A stretch of 64,000 nucleotides of DNA from Laetmonice hystrix (GCA_965235115.1 OZ249436.1:17982001-18046000), one strand, 5' to 3'; positions 25,804 to 39,275 are shown, counted from the stretch's first letter. Translations and numbers: made by a program. The notes: generated by a model from the sequence alone, not told the origin.

Positions 25804-26086
25804 ACTGCTGGAGCGGTTCTCTGATTCTATCCACCTATCCTTATTGTTCTGCCTGTCTTCTCCCTGTCCACCTCCTGCGAGTGGAAATAATGCCTGTGTA
25901 AGTTGCTTAGGGACCACGCAGTCGCAGATAATGTTGATGAATGGCAGAGGTGGCCCATTCCTTGCCTCCGTCTGAATGTCACAAGGCACTTTGGGAAGCT
26001 GTCCTTGGCTTGTCTTCAGCATGCTCCAGTGGAGACAATTCCTGCGGCTGTCCAGGCCAACCAAGGCAAACATCTCCCAGTGATTC
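25804..26086 (-). CDS. Candidate coding exon, product unknown
   Basis: Minus strand tttaacag|AAT CAC TGG GAG ATG... open for 283 nt (NHWEMFALVGLDSRRNCLHWSML...RWIESENRSS) to an A|GTAAGT donor. The other two minus frames are closed. GC-rich promoter-like DNA lies upstream. No homology recognised. Confidence 0.3.
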
Positions 26087-26731
26087 TGTTAAACCAACCG
26101 TTTCCTCTCACACAAAAGACAAACAAAAGAGTGGACAGACACGCCGGTGGTTACCGGACGGTCTCCGCAATTCACTGTGACATGTTCGCGATGTCGGCCG
26201 ACGGTGGAGGAAGGAGGGGGCGAGGAGGGTCGGTCAGCCGGAGAGAGTCGGTCCGGCCGCCGGCTGTCCGGCCGGTCGTACGCCGGCGGGGCCCGCCGGT
26301 CAGCAGACTCCCAGACTCTGCCGACTTCATGGGTATAATTGATTGTCGTATGTAATCTCCCGTAACGACTCGGTTTCTCATGGCTGCTGTCCGAAGCCAG
26401 GCCGTACACAGGCATGCTATTAGCTTCCTCCAAGTACCAATACCAGAACTAAAGGAATCCTGCTTCTCGCTCTCCACCACTGGACTCTTCACGGCATCTT
26501 CTCCGTCTCTTCAACATGAGATGTGATTGTGACATGAACTGAAATTTCGTAATTTATCTTGTGATTATCAAACAAGAAACAGAGCATACTACATTATCTT
26601 TAGGGTAAGTACTCTTGTGTGCCTGTCCATTAGACACAGACGATTGTGCGCTATGTACAAGTATATGGCAAGTCTTGAGTACACGGCTTAATCATGATGG
26701 TTCGGGACATGAAGGCTTGCTTATGAGACTG

Positions 26732-27810
26732 AATCACTGGCACAGACCAAGGCCCAGAATCACCGGAACAGACCAAGGTCCAGAATCACCAGCACAGACC
26801 AAGGCCCAGAATCACCGGCACAGACCAAGGTCCAGCATCACCGGCACAGACCAAGGTCCAGAATCACCGGTAAAGACCAAGGTCCAGAATCACCGGCACA
26901 GAACAAGGTCCAGAATCACCGGTACAGACCACGGCCCAGAATCACCGGCACAGACCAAGGTCCAGAATCACCGGTACAGACCAAGGTCCAGAATCACCGG
27001 CACAGACCACGGCCCAGAATCACCGGTACACACCACGGTCGAGAATCACCGGCACAGACCAAGGTCCAGAATCACCGGTACAGACCAAGGTCCAGCATCA
27101 CCGGCACAGACCAAGGTCCAGAATCACCGGTAAAGACCAAGGTCCAGAATCACCGGCACAGAACAAGGTCCAGAATCACCGGTACAGACCACGGCCCAGA
27201 ATCACCGGCACAGACCAAGGTCCAGAATCACCGGTACAGACCAAGGTCCAGAATCACCGGCACAGACCACGGCCCAGAATCACCGGTACAGACCACGGCC
27301 CAGAATCACCGGCACAGACCAAGGCCCAGAATCACCGGCACAGACCAAGGTCCAGAATCGCCAGTACAGAGCAAGGTCCAGAATCACCGGTACACACCAC
27401 GGTCGAGAATCACCGGCACAGACCAAGGTCGAGAATCACTGGTACAGACCACGGCCCAGAATCCCCGGCACAGACCAAGGTCCAGAATCACCGGTACAAA
27501 CCAAGGTCCAGAATCACCAGCACAGACCAAGGTCCAGAATCACCGGTACACACCACGGTCGAGAATCACCGGCACAGACCAAGGTCCAGAATCACCGGCA
27601 CAGACCAAGGTCCAGAATCACCGGCACAGACCAAGGTCCAGAATCACCGGTACAGACCAAGGTCCAGAATCACCGGCACAGACCAAGGTCCAGAATCACT
27701 GGTACAGACCAAGGTCCAGAATCACCGGCACAGAGGTCCAGAATCACCGGCAGAAACCAAGGTCCAGAATCACCGGCACAGACTACGGTCTTGAATAACC
27801 GGTGCAGACC
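26732..27810. repeat. Minisatellite, 26-bp unit CACAGACCAAGGTCCAGAATCACCGG, ~41 copies
   Basis: 26-bp periodicity with a 260-bp higher-order duplication. Confidence 0.97.
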
Positions 27811-28504
27811 TCTCCGAAAAAAAGTCGGAAAATTAACCCCAACATGAGTGTCAAACTAAAAGAGTTTCACTCGACACCCTGTGGTGAAGTTTCGCTTTCC
27901 AGCGTCCCCACCAGCTGAAGAAATCCTTTGACTGATTTATTTAACCCCATACTAGTTTTCTTTAACTTAATATCTTGCAAAGGCTGCTGACGTGCTGCAA
28001 CAAGCCAGAAGTTCACTTACGCTTACACAAGCTTTTATACCCTAACGCCTGGATATCCTAGAAAATCGCAATTATAATCAGATAATCTCTAAATCCTGAT
28101 GAAAAACAGATAAAACAGCTCTTTCCTGGGCCTACATGACATCATATGTATGCAGCGGTAGTTTTTTTTATTCCGTTCCAGAAGACTGTTTGTATTCCCT
28201 GGCTTGTTTAGAATGCAGCTTCGGTTGAAAAACATATATAGTGTGTATACATTAACTTCTGTTTGCAATCCGTGCGTAAACGGTTGCAAAAACCAATGAC
28301 AATATCCATAAGAAAGAAACCTTGTATTATTCAAGACTTTGAGGCCGCCAGCAATCCTTGGGCCTTCCCATAAGGACCTCGAAGGACCCATTACAAAGAA
28401 ATTCTCTAGATTAGATTTAGATAGCAGAGCCTTGGGGATAGCCTAAATGAGATAAACATTTTTACCTCGATCTTTTGAGCCGCATCGTAACGCACAGACT
28501 GGGA

Positions 28505-28790
28505 CTGGTAGCGCCCCTAGCGGGCGCTAGATGGATGTCACATTCTGACCCGTCGAGTTGCACGAGATTTTTCACTTTAGTTGCCATGGTAGCACTGCCG
28601 GTGAAGTCAGGCTTGAAAAAAAGCTACCATTACTTTTTTAAGGCATCAACTGTGTAATGGGACTTAAGCTTTCCCCTCTTTTTTGGATTATTTGCATGAT
28701 AGTAAAAATAGGCCAACCCGCATTGAGCGGAAGTCAAAGTTAAAGGCAAGCCAATCATGGTGGCGTCCATTGGTGACGTCATTCTCCGTT
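28505..28790. promoter_or_regulatory. Motif cluster: RFX X-box, octamer, ETS, two CCAAT, CRE
   Basis: GTTGCCATGGTAGC 28580, ATTTGCAT 28690, CGGAAGT 28728, CCAAT 28751, ATTGG 28769, TGACGTCA 28774, CTCF-like site 28510. Confidence 0.4.
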
Positions 28791-28849
28791 CCGTTGTAAT
28801 CGTTCAGTCTATATCCATCAAACCTCAGAACGGTCGAGATAGCGAGGGC

Positions 28850-29313
28850 CTGGGCCCAGCCGGTCATGTAGGACGTCCTGACCCCGGTCGGTCACGTAGG
28901 ACGTCCTGACCCCGGTCGGTCATGTAGGACGTCCTGGCCCCGACCGGTCATGTAGGACGTCTTGGCCCCGGCCGGTCATGTAGGACGTCCTGCCCCCGGT
29001 CGGTCACGTAGGACATCCTGGCCCTGGCCGGTCATGTAGGACGTCTTGGCCCCGGCCGGTCATGTAGGACGTCCTGGCCCCGGTCGGTCACGTAGGACAT
29101 CCTGGCCCCGGCCGGTCATGTAGGACGTCCTGGCCCCGGCCGGTCATGTAGGACATCCTGACCCCGGTCGGTCATGTAGGACGTCCTGGGCCCGGTCGGT
29201 CATGTAGGACGTCCTGGCCCCGGCCGGTCATGTAGGACATCCTGGCCCCGGTCAGTCATGTAGGACGTCTTGGCCCCGGTCGGTCATGTAGACGTCCTGG
29301 CCCCGGCCGGTCA
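28850..29313. repeat. GC-rich minisatellite, 28-bp unit CCCCGGCCGGTCATGTAGGACGTCCTGG, ~16 copies
   Basis: 28-bp periodicity. Confidence 0.96.
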
Positions 29314-31136
29314 GGTAGCCTAAAGGGAGCTAGTCCTGAGTTCAGACGATATGTAGGTAAAGGGAGATAGGAGTTTAGACGATCTCTCAGGTAAAGAGAT
29401 ATATAGGAGTTCAGACGATATAATATGAAACCATTTATTTTCTTCATTTTAATAACCATTCCACATTATGTCAGTCGTTGATAGGCGGACCAAGCTCCCA
29501 TCCTGTCTTCTCGTACATTGAGCACCAGTCGGTAGAGTTCTCAATGTGTCGGCTGTGTATCCGGAAACGTGTTGAGGATTAGTTAGATGGTGGGCCAGTA
29601 GAGGGCGCTGACGGTGGTCGAGCCTCGTTGTGACGATGATGTGATGTGACGTGCCTGTGTGATTGCACGGAACTACGCAATACACAGGCGGAACATTAGA
29701 TGTGACAAGGAAGTCTGCCCTTGGAATGTCCTCGGGACATTGCCCATAGTTCATCCTCCTCCTGATCGGTATCAGTCAGAGACCAGCTGCCACTGCCTGC
29801 TCGAGAGGTAGTCACAGCCACCCCTCACTGTAATGGGGATATATCAGTCCCAATAGAAACACTCTAATGATAGATTCCCTGGATGACGACACCATTCATC
29901 AAAGCCACGATCGACAGCTTCAGAACCTGAACATACAATGCTAATATTATAGCCATCTCCCTTTTATTTCCTTTTTTAAGTTTAAATATTTACTGCAATA
30001 CGCAGTTTCATCACACTTTCTAAAAAGAAATGATGTAGACCTAATAATAATTATGAGGGCATGTTTAAAAAGAGACTGTATTTTCTTCAATTAAAGTGGG
30101 GCTTTCAAGGCATGTAGGTCTAACAGTTCTTCTACTAAATTTCATGTTTCACTAATACCAACTGATGTTTGTAAATATTTCATTATATTGAAAATAATAC
30201 TCTAATTAAGTAACCTTTTGTTGAATTCATATGGGATCTGACTCAGATTTCTCAGTCTCATCATTTGGTATGTTCCCACAGGCGAGGGAGTTGTGTCAGT
30301 GTCATAGAAATATTATCCCATCAAAAGCTATTCCCAAGTGGAACTGTCAACTACATATATGCAGATTAACGTATTGGGGGTTGTAGCTTTCAGCGTTATG
30401 AGACCTGTGATGAGGAGAGGGCGGTGGGGGGGGGGGGGTGGTAACTTATGCATCATAGCCACAACGAGGCCAGTCCAAGTACTGCATGCTGCCCAGGCGA
30501 TCACACCATTCTCCGCCTGGCGGCGAGAAACAAAAACTCCACCTCGCCAAACTGAGGCTCTGCCATCTGACTTCCGGTAGTGAATTCCATTAGGAGACCA
30601 ATATGGCGCGCGCTGCTCCCAACGATACATGACCCTAACTCGACTTGATTGATTTGATCATGTAGAACCAAGAGATAAGGACAACTACTGCCTATCGGCA
30701 TACGGCTATCTACAGCAATTGTCTCCGCCATTCCGGATTTTAGACACCTTGTTGGTACGTATAAAATAAAATGGTCAACAAATTGCAGAGGGAACACCCT
30801 TGTTTAAAATATTCTTCCGTTTGATATTGTGAAATATCACGAAAGGATATCTCCCCAAGCCCCAGAGACACACATGATCACGAATGATGACGATGATCAC
30901 GAAGAAAAATAAGAAAGAAGAAAGAAAAATCACAAAAGGAAAACAATTAATTCGCTGAGGGAACTATTGCTTTCGGGTATCCCAGAGAGGCCAATAAACA
31001 CCACATGGTTAAGAACAGGACTAAATGTTCCTGAAAACCTGCGGGAAATGGGAAGAATAGATTTAAAAAGAAGAAATGGGAGTTGAACAATTTATCTGTT
31101 TTATCCAAGGTTTCTGGTAATTGGTCGAGGGTGGTG

Positions 31137-31300
31137 GCCACGCCACGCCACGCCACGCCACGCCACGCCACGCCACGGCCCGACACGACCCGACACGCCA
31201 CGCCACGCCACGCCACGCCACGCCACGCCACGCCACGCCACGCCACGGCCCGACACGACCCGACACGCCACGACTAAACACGACTAAAAACGACTAGACA
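31137..31300. repeat. (CACGC)n microsatellite with CCCGACACGA interruptions
   Basis: Direct sequence. Confidence 0.95.
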
Positions 31301-31454
31301 CGGTCTGTCCTGCCAGGTCACATGACTTCTGATGGTTTCCACCGGTAGGAGGCGGGCGGGCGTTGAGGGTCACGTGATCATTGTACTCGTCAACATCTCA
31401 AACAACGTCATGTCTTCTTCACCCTGCCTCCCTGACTGTCACGACTTGCGAACA

Positions 31455-31830
31455 ACCCTCAACATCACACACCAAGCCCTCAACATCATGCACCAAACAC
31501 TCTAAACCGTGATTAACCCTCAACATCATGGACCAACCCCTCAACATCGTGCATCAAACACTCAACATCATGCACCAAACACTCTAAACTGTGATTAACT
31601 CTGAACATCATGGACCAAACACTCAACATCATGGACCAAACCCTCAACATCATGGACCAAACCCTCAACATCATGGACCAAACCCTCAACATCATGGACC
31701 AACCCCTCAACATCATGCACCAAACACTCTAAACCGTGATTAACCCTCAACATCATGGACCAAACGCTCAACATCATGGATAGCACTCTAAACCGTTACC
31801 AACCCTCAACATCATGCACCAACCCCTCAA
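31455..31830. repeat. Minisatellite, 21-bp unit ACCAAACCCTCAACATCATGG with a periodic AACACTCTAAACCGTGATT variant
   Basis: Direct periodicity. Confidence 0.9.
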
Positions 31831-33117
31831 CATGACAATGTTATCATAACAAGACACTTATCAGCATAATTATACACTCTGACATTAAAAACCGACACTC
31901 AACATCATGACCCGAAAGATCACCATCATTATACAGTCCACAATCAAGTACATGTATATTGTATAGGCCTAGAGTATAGAGTATACAATCCTAGGTATAA
32001 CGTCATTATGAACCATGAAGGAATGTAAGATCTGGGATCAGCTTCCCTTGTTACAAACAATCTCAATCGGAGGTGTTAATTTCTCTGCCAATGAACACCT
32101 CCAGTTTCAAAGGACCCGCACCACCCCGCCACCACCACCAGCAGGACCCACCACCTACCTCTACATACAGAGTGATATGGTGATCATTGCACACTGCCAC
32201 CGCCAAGTCCCGTACCAATCCACATCATAGGATGTCCCATGTGGATTGCCTTCCATTAGTCCCTTCCCATTAACTGGGTCTATGAAGACGTTTCATTAGC
32301 ACTGGTATTAATTTGCTCCCCCAGGGACCTCCAACACTCCTAGCGAGCAACATAAGGTGCGGCCTCAGCCTGATATATTTTTCTCAGCTGCCTTGTCTTT
32401 TTTACGGCTACCTGAGATGTTAATGGGTCTAAAGTTTTGTAGGAACGAGTGTTTTCTTGTCTCTCGTTTGTCCCAGTCCTAGTTTAAACAGACCCTGTCA
32501 CTTCTCATTACAGCGAGTGGATCATTACTATGATTTACTAGTAAAATTATGGTGCTCCGTATTTAAATTATGAATCATATATCTAACAAGTTTTGTCAGC
32601 ATCTGAAAAGAAGCAATATAAAAGGCGGCGTACCCATAGCGTATCTTACATTGCCATTCTTCACACTTGATGTACTAACACTGTAAACCAGTGTACTCTT
32701 TTATCTGCTCGCTCACATGTTCGGTGAAGCTGAGATACCGACATTCATACTTTATGTTGCACTCATATCTAACAATTAAACGTCTGTCAAATAGATCGTT
32801 AAGGCGTTGTGCATCGGCAGAAAATCACCATTCTCTCAGACAATGATTTAAAGTCACGTACCGATCCGATTCAATCAACTCAATCCAATTGGTTTCTTTG
32901 ACCCCTCTATACTCTTAGAGCTGAAACGAATGATCGATAAATCGGTGCTTCGCGATATTCTGTGTCTAAGATAGACCGATATAAATGTCAAAATATCAAT
33001 ACAAAACGATACGCTCATAAGTCAATATACGTAGGCGTAGCTGCAAAAACACCAGGAAAATGCACATTTTTTCACTTTTTTTCTCTGGTGGGAGCATCCA
33101 AAATGGTGGCCACTGCG

Positions 33118-33997
33118 TAACCTGGTTCCCTGCCTACCAGACGCATCCGCTATGTTAGGCCAGGTGCTGGCTGGCAGAAAACCGCGAAACGGAAGTGATC
33201 AAACTCCAAGCACTTCCGCTTCCGTTCCGTTGGTCAGCGTTAGCGGAGTGACCGACCTCTGTTTGGAGATTGGCCAACATGCCCATGCGTATGCAGACCG
33301 TAGCAGGTGTGGGGACCGATGACGCAATTTACATCCAGAAAAGCGAGGACATTTAACACTTGTATTTTAAAGGGATTGGCGAAAATATCTGTATCTTGTT
33401 GGAGAAATGCGGAGGGTACGGAAAGTTCTACCTCGTTTGCGGCCATGTTTTCGATGGGCCAATCACAATGCTCTCGTCGATTAGCCTTCACCAGGTTCTA
33501 TATACGTAGTCAATATAGACCTGAGGACCAGGCTAGCCAATGCGTGGCCCTGTGTAAGGGTCATGGGATCGAGGCTATAGAAACCCAAACTCCTTCCCAT
33601 GAGCCTCTCGGTTCTCTCACTGCCACAAATGACAATTTGCTGGTTGACAGCTACAAAGTTCATACGCCTAAAATAGGTACTATATAAGCTACATTTCACC
33701 AATAGTGTTTGAAATGTTTAAATATCTCATAACAAACCAGCATCAACATGATAGGCTCTATCCAGAGAACATTTCTTCTCATTTTATTTGAGGAATTATT
33801 TTATTGTCGGATGTCGGATCTTACCATCTGTTTTTCCTTTAACGTTATAGGGGGGCAAATTCAGCCGAAACCTGTTCCAGTGCTACTTCGAACGAACCGC
33901 TGTCCGTTGACTGTTGCTCTGGTGCACGTAGTCCCGGCAGCCTGTGGGACTGGCTGGGCCCCGGCTTCACTACTCTAGGAGGCAGGGAACCAGTTTG
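33118..33997. mobile_element. Non-autonomous DNA element with TIR core CTGGTTCCCTGCCT
   Basis: aacctggttccctgcctaccag at 33119 vs ctaggaggcagggaaccagttt ending ~33996. An internal gaccaggcta end at ~33535 may belong to a related element. Confidence 0.7.
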
Positions 33998-34307
33998 CCT
34001 GTGGCAGTGAGAGTCGAGGCACGAAGATGCTCATGGGAAGGAGTGTGTTAGAAACCTCGACCATATACTCTGGGCCTAGGCCACATCCAAAATATGTAAA
34101 GGCAGGTCAGGGTGCTGACGTGGCATCAGGCCGCAGACGTATTTGCGTCCAGTCCGTAGGATCCAGCTTGAGGATGGTCGAGTTTAGCCCCCGCCCCTGT
34201 AGAAACTCCGGTGTTTGTGCGCATTTCAAGGGACTCCTACTTTGCTAAAGGCTAGCTACGCCCCTGATGGCGAATATATAGATCCGCAGAGACCTGCACA
34301 ATGTTAC

Positions 34308-34560
34308 AGGCAATGCCCGCTTGCCTTTCTTCTACATCAGTGGGGAGCACAACAAAAGACAGAACAATAGAGCGTCTTACCATTGCCAGACACTGCCACT
34401 GACGCCCTAATTTTCATATCAAATATTTCTCCAGACATGCAGACGTGACTGCAATGTGAAGAGGGCGCTGACCTCGCATTTGATCTGTGTGATCTTCAAA
34501 ATACACGGCTATTTCCACTGAAACAAATTTTACAGACACAACATGGATATTTTTTATCAA
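34308..34560 (+). mobile_element. Dispersed repeat, diverged relative of 40539-40775
   Basis: Shared ordered motifs: caggcaa, tagagcgtct, catatcaaata, actgcaatgtg.agagggcgct, ttcaaaata, aaattttacagac. Confidence 0.7.
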
Positions 34561-34644
34561 ATCTCCAAGAGGGGGCATTTGAGATTTTAGACCTTTTCTA
34601 AAACAAATTTTGGACCGTTTTCTAATGGGCGTGGTATAGACCTC

Positions 34645-34862
34645 CCGATATTTCACAAAACATCCAAAATTGTGGACTTTTTTTGTAAGCCACTGGGTCA
34701 GAGGTCCAGATATTTTACAAAAGATCCAAAATTGTGGACTTTTTTTGTAAGCCACTGGGTCAGAGGTCCAGATATTTTACAAAAGATCCAAAGTTGTGGA
34801 CCTTTCTCTATGGCGCATGGCTCAGAGGTCCATGATATTTCACAAAACATCCAAAATTGTGG
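34645..34862. repeat. ~62-bp tandem repeat, ~3.5 copies
   Basis: gatattt.acaaaa.atccaaa.ttgtgga recurs at ~34648, 34709, 34771 and 34834. Confidence 0.85.
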
Positions 34863-35536
34863 AGGTTGTTATATAAAGCAATTCGCACCGCCCTATGAAT
34901 TTCATTGCTTGTTAAAGTCAATGCCAGGTCAACAACCAGCAATAAGACGATCGCTTCATAGCGACAACAGGCGACTGGAATGTTGAATTTCACTAGATTT
35001 CCCCATTTATGTGGGCAGGTTTCTCAATCACATTTGAGACCCCCAAATAGTTACCTTCCTTGCATAACCGTATCTCTCTCTTTTTTAGGGCGGGGGTGGG
35101 GCAGGCAGTTAGACATACCATTCATGGCCCAAGTTAGGCAAGGGACTTGGCCAACGACTGAGAAACTGGCCCCTGAGATCTTTGAACGGTAAGACTAATT
35201 GGACCCGCCACAAACTAAGACAGTCTCATATTCATAGGTATCTTGTCATTTTTTATATACTGAACGGCAATGAAAACGCATATGTCCAAATGTATATATT
35301 TTCATCACTAGTAGGATGAGCAAAGTGTTTAGGTTGGGGCCCGTCTCACTAAGGTTGGTTAAACCAGATCGTTACATTAACATAGGAGTGAATGGAAGGC
35401 TGCTGGTTACAGCCACCATTCACTGCTATGTTAACTTAACATGTTGTCATACCAAATGTGACTGTTCCTTTCAAATATCTTTGAGCTCATTTTCAGCCTA
35501 TGCGTTTTCATTGCCGTTCAGTAGAAAATATCAACC

Positions 35537-35545
<9 letters not shown>

Positions 35546-35617
<72 letters not shown>
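35546..35617. repeat. (CT)n microsatellite
   Basis: Direct sequence. Confidence 0.97.
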
Positions 35618-35620
<3 letters not shown>

Positions 35621-36329
35621 ACGGCATGTTAAGTATATCTACCCGTCTTTATATAACACGGCATGTTTAAATGACCTTCGTTACACTCAGTTGGCTGACC
35701 GATCCAATATGTCACGTTATATGACTTCTGGGAGTTCAAAATGAAAGTTTTAACGAATTGGACTTCTTCCTTTAAACCCATTTTTAATTGAAAGATTACA
35801 TATGGGTCTATATTCATATTGTGGTTCTTTTAAACTGACATTCTATCTTGCTCGAACACGACATTAGTTGAAAAGGTTTTCGAAAACCAGCCACGCAACC
35901 AAGGTCGTTTTGTGATCTTGATTTGTTTCTCAAGATCACGGCCCAGACAGTGGCGAATCATGCCATGTGATATTATATCATGTGGTATGCATGAGTTACT
36001 TCCTATTGGTTGTGGCCGAAAAATTCCACCACTACACTACTTGCGAAGGAAAAGTTGTTAAAACATAGACATTTGAAGATTCATTACCTCCAGACTACGT
36101 AATTAAAACGTTGGCATCGACCTTTTTCTAAGAAGGGAATGAGAAGCGGGAGATAAGGTAGAGAGATGAGCCAAGGTTTGGCATGGACTGGCGAACCATC
36201 AACATTATCTCCAATCTGTAATGAGATGGAACTGCGAGAATATCGTCCATTTCACCCACTCTCCTGATGAGATCATCACACTGAAGATAATGAAACTATA
36301 AATCCAAGTCATACCGGAGGGTGGGGTGG

Positions 36330-36620
36330 GAGGATTGTCGTTGGGAGTGGGGAAAGGTGGGGTGGCATGTTAGGGAAAGGTGGGGTGGCAGGAGGTGGCA
36401 GGAGGTGGGTGGGAGGATGGGGAGAGGTGGGTGGGAGGATGGGGAGAGGTGGGTGGGAGGATGGTGAAAGGTGGGGTGGCAGGAGGTGGCAGGAGGTGGG
36501 TGGGAGGATGGGGAGAGGTGGGTGGGAGGATGGTGAAAGGTGGGGTGGCAGGAGGTGGCAGGAGGTGGGTGGGAGGATGGGGAGAGGTGGGTGGGAGGAT
36601 GGTGAAAGGTGGGGTGGGAG
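36330..36620. repeat. G-rich 69-bp tandem repeat, ~4 copies
   Basis: ggtgaaaggtggggtggcaggaggtggcaggaggtgggtgggaggatggggagaggtgggtgggaggat repeated; 23-aa periodicity in ORFs. Confidence 0.92.
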
Positions 36621-37483
36621 GGCCCACATGGGTTGGAACACATCAGTGACACCCATTGCCTGCCCATGTCTGTCCATCTCTCCAAGGTCCCAGTCAAATG
36701 TTAAAACAACACCTGTTCCTGAACAATACCCAACCGTACCGCTCAACCGTTCTACCGAACGGTGTTGCCTTCCTGCAATTAAGACCAAAACCAACGGTCA
36801 CTTTTTTTAGAATTACGATCTCAATGACTTGTGATTCATGAATCTTGATGATCTACAATTAAGTGGCAGGCAATCCATGGCGTCTAGTTATATATGTATT
36901 CCAAATGGCATGATTCAGACCCAATAAAGCACTGCTGCTAATTATAGAACAGTCAGTGGTTCTATTACACCCTTACATGAAATCCTGCGGCTGCCCGGAA
37001 ATCCTTTGCTGCATCACGACAGTGTTTTACGACATCAGGGCTGGTGTCTGGTGTTTGTAATAAATTGCTAACCGCTGTTTTATGGCCTATTTACTGATGG
37101 GCCGAATTCTTGTCAAGCCGGGACATCTACATTGGTAATTACCCTCACAAGTTTCCCCCGTTAAATGGCCCCATTATCGTCCACCGAGTTCGGCTTCTTT
37201 ACGGCACGTCAGGGGTTTTTAGGCACCAAACGGCCCGGGCACCATGCGACCGTCCGCCACCCCACCCCCTCCCACCACCCCCGCCCACCACGTGACCGCC
37301 CCCCCCCCCCCTCATCGCCCGGCCACCATGTGACTGACCTCTCCACGGTAATCGTATACTGTCAAACTGACAATATTGTCTCTCTCCTGCCTGGTCACTC
37401 TACCTTCTCTCCAGTAACATGTCGATCTACATCCAGCGCCCTCACGACGGTAAAACTGACACGGGTTCCATAAACTCCCGGAC

Positions 37484-37650
37484 ATCTCTCTCTCCCTCTC
37501 TCTCTCTCTTTCTCTTTCTCTCTCTCTCCCTCTTTCTCTCTCTCTCCCTCTCTCTCTCCCTCTCTCTCCATCCCTCTCTCTACCTCGCTATCCCTCGCTA
37601 TCCCTCTCTCCCCCCTCTCTCCCTCTATTATATATCTCTCTCTCGCTCAT
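37484..37650. repeat. Imperfect (CT)n tract
   Basis: Direct sequence. Confidence 0.9.
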
Positions 37651-38964
37651 ACCTGCCCCAGGACCGCGCTGCAATGTTCCTGACCAGAACCATTCCTTGG
37701 CCAGCACACCAACAACCAGAGTTGAGTGGGGGAGTAAGAGGGGTAGGGGATTAACGTGTCCAGAATGAGTCGTAATAAAAGTGTGCCTGTGGATCAGAGG
37801 TTTTCTTGTTCTGTGTGAACGATAGGGGGCGCTCCCGCAGGGCCGGGCAGGTTAACCAGCGCCACACAAATGGACAATAGCCGCAGTTAGTGGTTATTGA
37901 GGAAAGACATTACCTAATATCCCCACTCGGCAAACACTTCTCCCAATTTTGCGCCATGCAATATAGAAGATGCAATAATACAGCAATATCAGAGACTGGC
38001 CTTGTGAGTAAAACGTATCTAAATCAAACTATTTTAAACCAAAAGAAAACACAGTCAGGGAAATGATGCTCTGTGAGTGATGGAAATTATGGTTGCAAGC
38101 AGATATTGTCCCAACTTGAGATGGTGCATTAGAACGGTTTGAGCGGGAAACAAGAGATGAAGCTGGTGGATTTTGTCTGGCGTCTCTTCCATCACCGATA
38201 GATTGTGTGGCGGGGGAGGGGGATGCAGACGCCAACCGCGGAGGATGCCGGGAAGGCTGACCCAGCGTCCATCCGTCTGGCGTCTGATACCAGATACCAC
38301 ACCTTATCGGAATCTTCACAACTGAAATTACACAAAATCTTGCAGTTATCTTCACCTCTGAAACTGCATCGTTTACAAGAAGAAACAAGTGAACTATCCA
38401 TCTAGAACACATGCCGGACAAATCGAGTGAATTTATCATAGCGCATGCACTCTTCTGCGCACTGCGCTTTTGAGAGTCCTCGTCTTGGTAACTAGATCTA
38501 AGGAAGGAATCTTTAGGTGGAGACCTTGAAATTCTCAATCGTGACCAAGGTCGTCAGATGTGGTGCAATATGTGGTAGGCCTATAAAGGTGATCACGTTT
38601 TATTGGCACGCCAGTCGTCTGACATCTTGTGATGGGAATCTTTGAGGTGTCTGGTTGCTACCACCGGGAAGGTCAGGCCCGTAGCCGGGGGGCAGCCCCC
38701 CCCCCCCCCCCAACTGAGGCACAGGAGTTACGCCCTGGCAAAGTTTTTTAAAAGGAGTAAAAAGCTACCCTAAGGTTAGGTAAACTACCGAATGAGTTCC
38801 GCTTGCCATATTTAAGACCCCCCCCCCTCCCCCCCCCTCCCCCCCCCCAAAGGATCGATGTCAGAATCATACTGAACCTTTCTGTTCAATAAATCTACCA
38901 CCAGCTTGGCCAGAACGGCGACTTTATTCCAACACCCTAACATTGTCACGGTCATGTACATACG

Positions 38965-39275
38965 GAGCGTAAGTCTCGTGTCCTAGTAATTGAGCAGAAA
39001 TAACTTCCAAACGTGTTGCAATGGTACCTCAACCTACCTAAATGGGATGAGAAAACACATTTTCAAACGTCGAACAGGTACAGGTTGGTGCTCCTCGACC
39101 TGTTTTGTAAGGTACAAAAATGAAAGCGCCCTAACCATGAAATAATAACATTTAGAAGTTGACAGTTGCCGGCTCCTATGGGATTCGCAATGCTAAAGTG
39201 ACGGGAGTACGACCACGTTCGGACCTACTGTTGTTCTCGAGTTTTCTTGTGTTTTCTCGTGACCCACTTGCATCC
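38965..39275 (+). mobile_element. Truncated copy of the left end of the 51184-52370 element
   Basis: Shares aagtctcgtgtcctag, gagcagaaata, ggatgagaaaac, ttttgtaaggtacaaaaatgaaagc and ttctcgagttttcttg with 51195-51580. Confidence 0.85.

Noticed and set aside
25804..26086. Ulp1/C48 protease-like HW..DS motif in the candidate exon
   Set aside because: Spacing is wrong and there is no Q..DCG catalytic motif.
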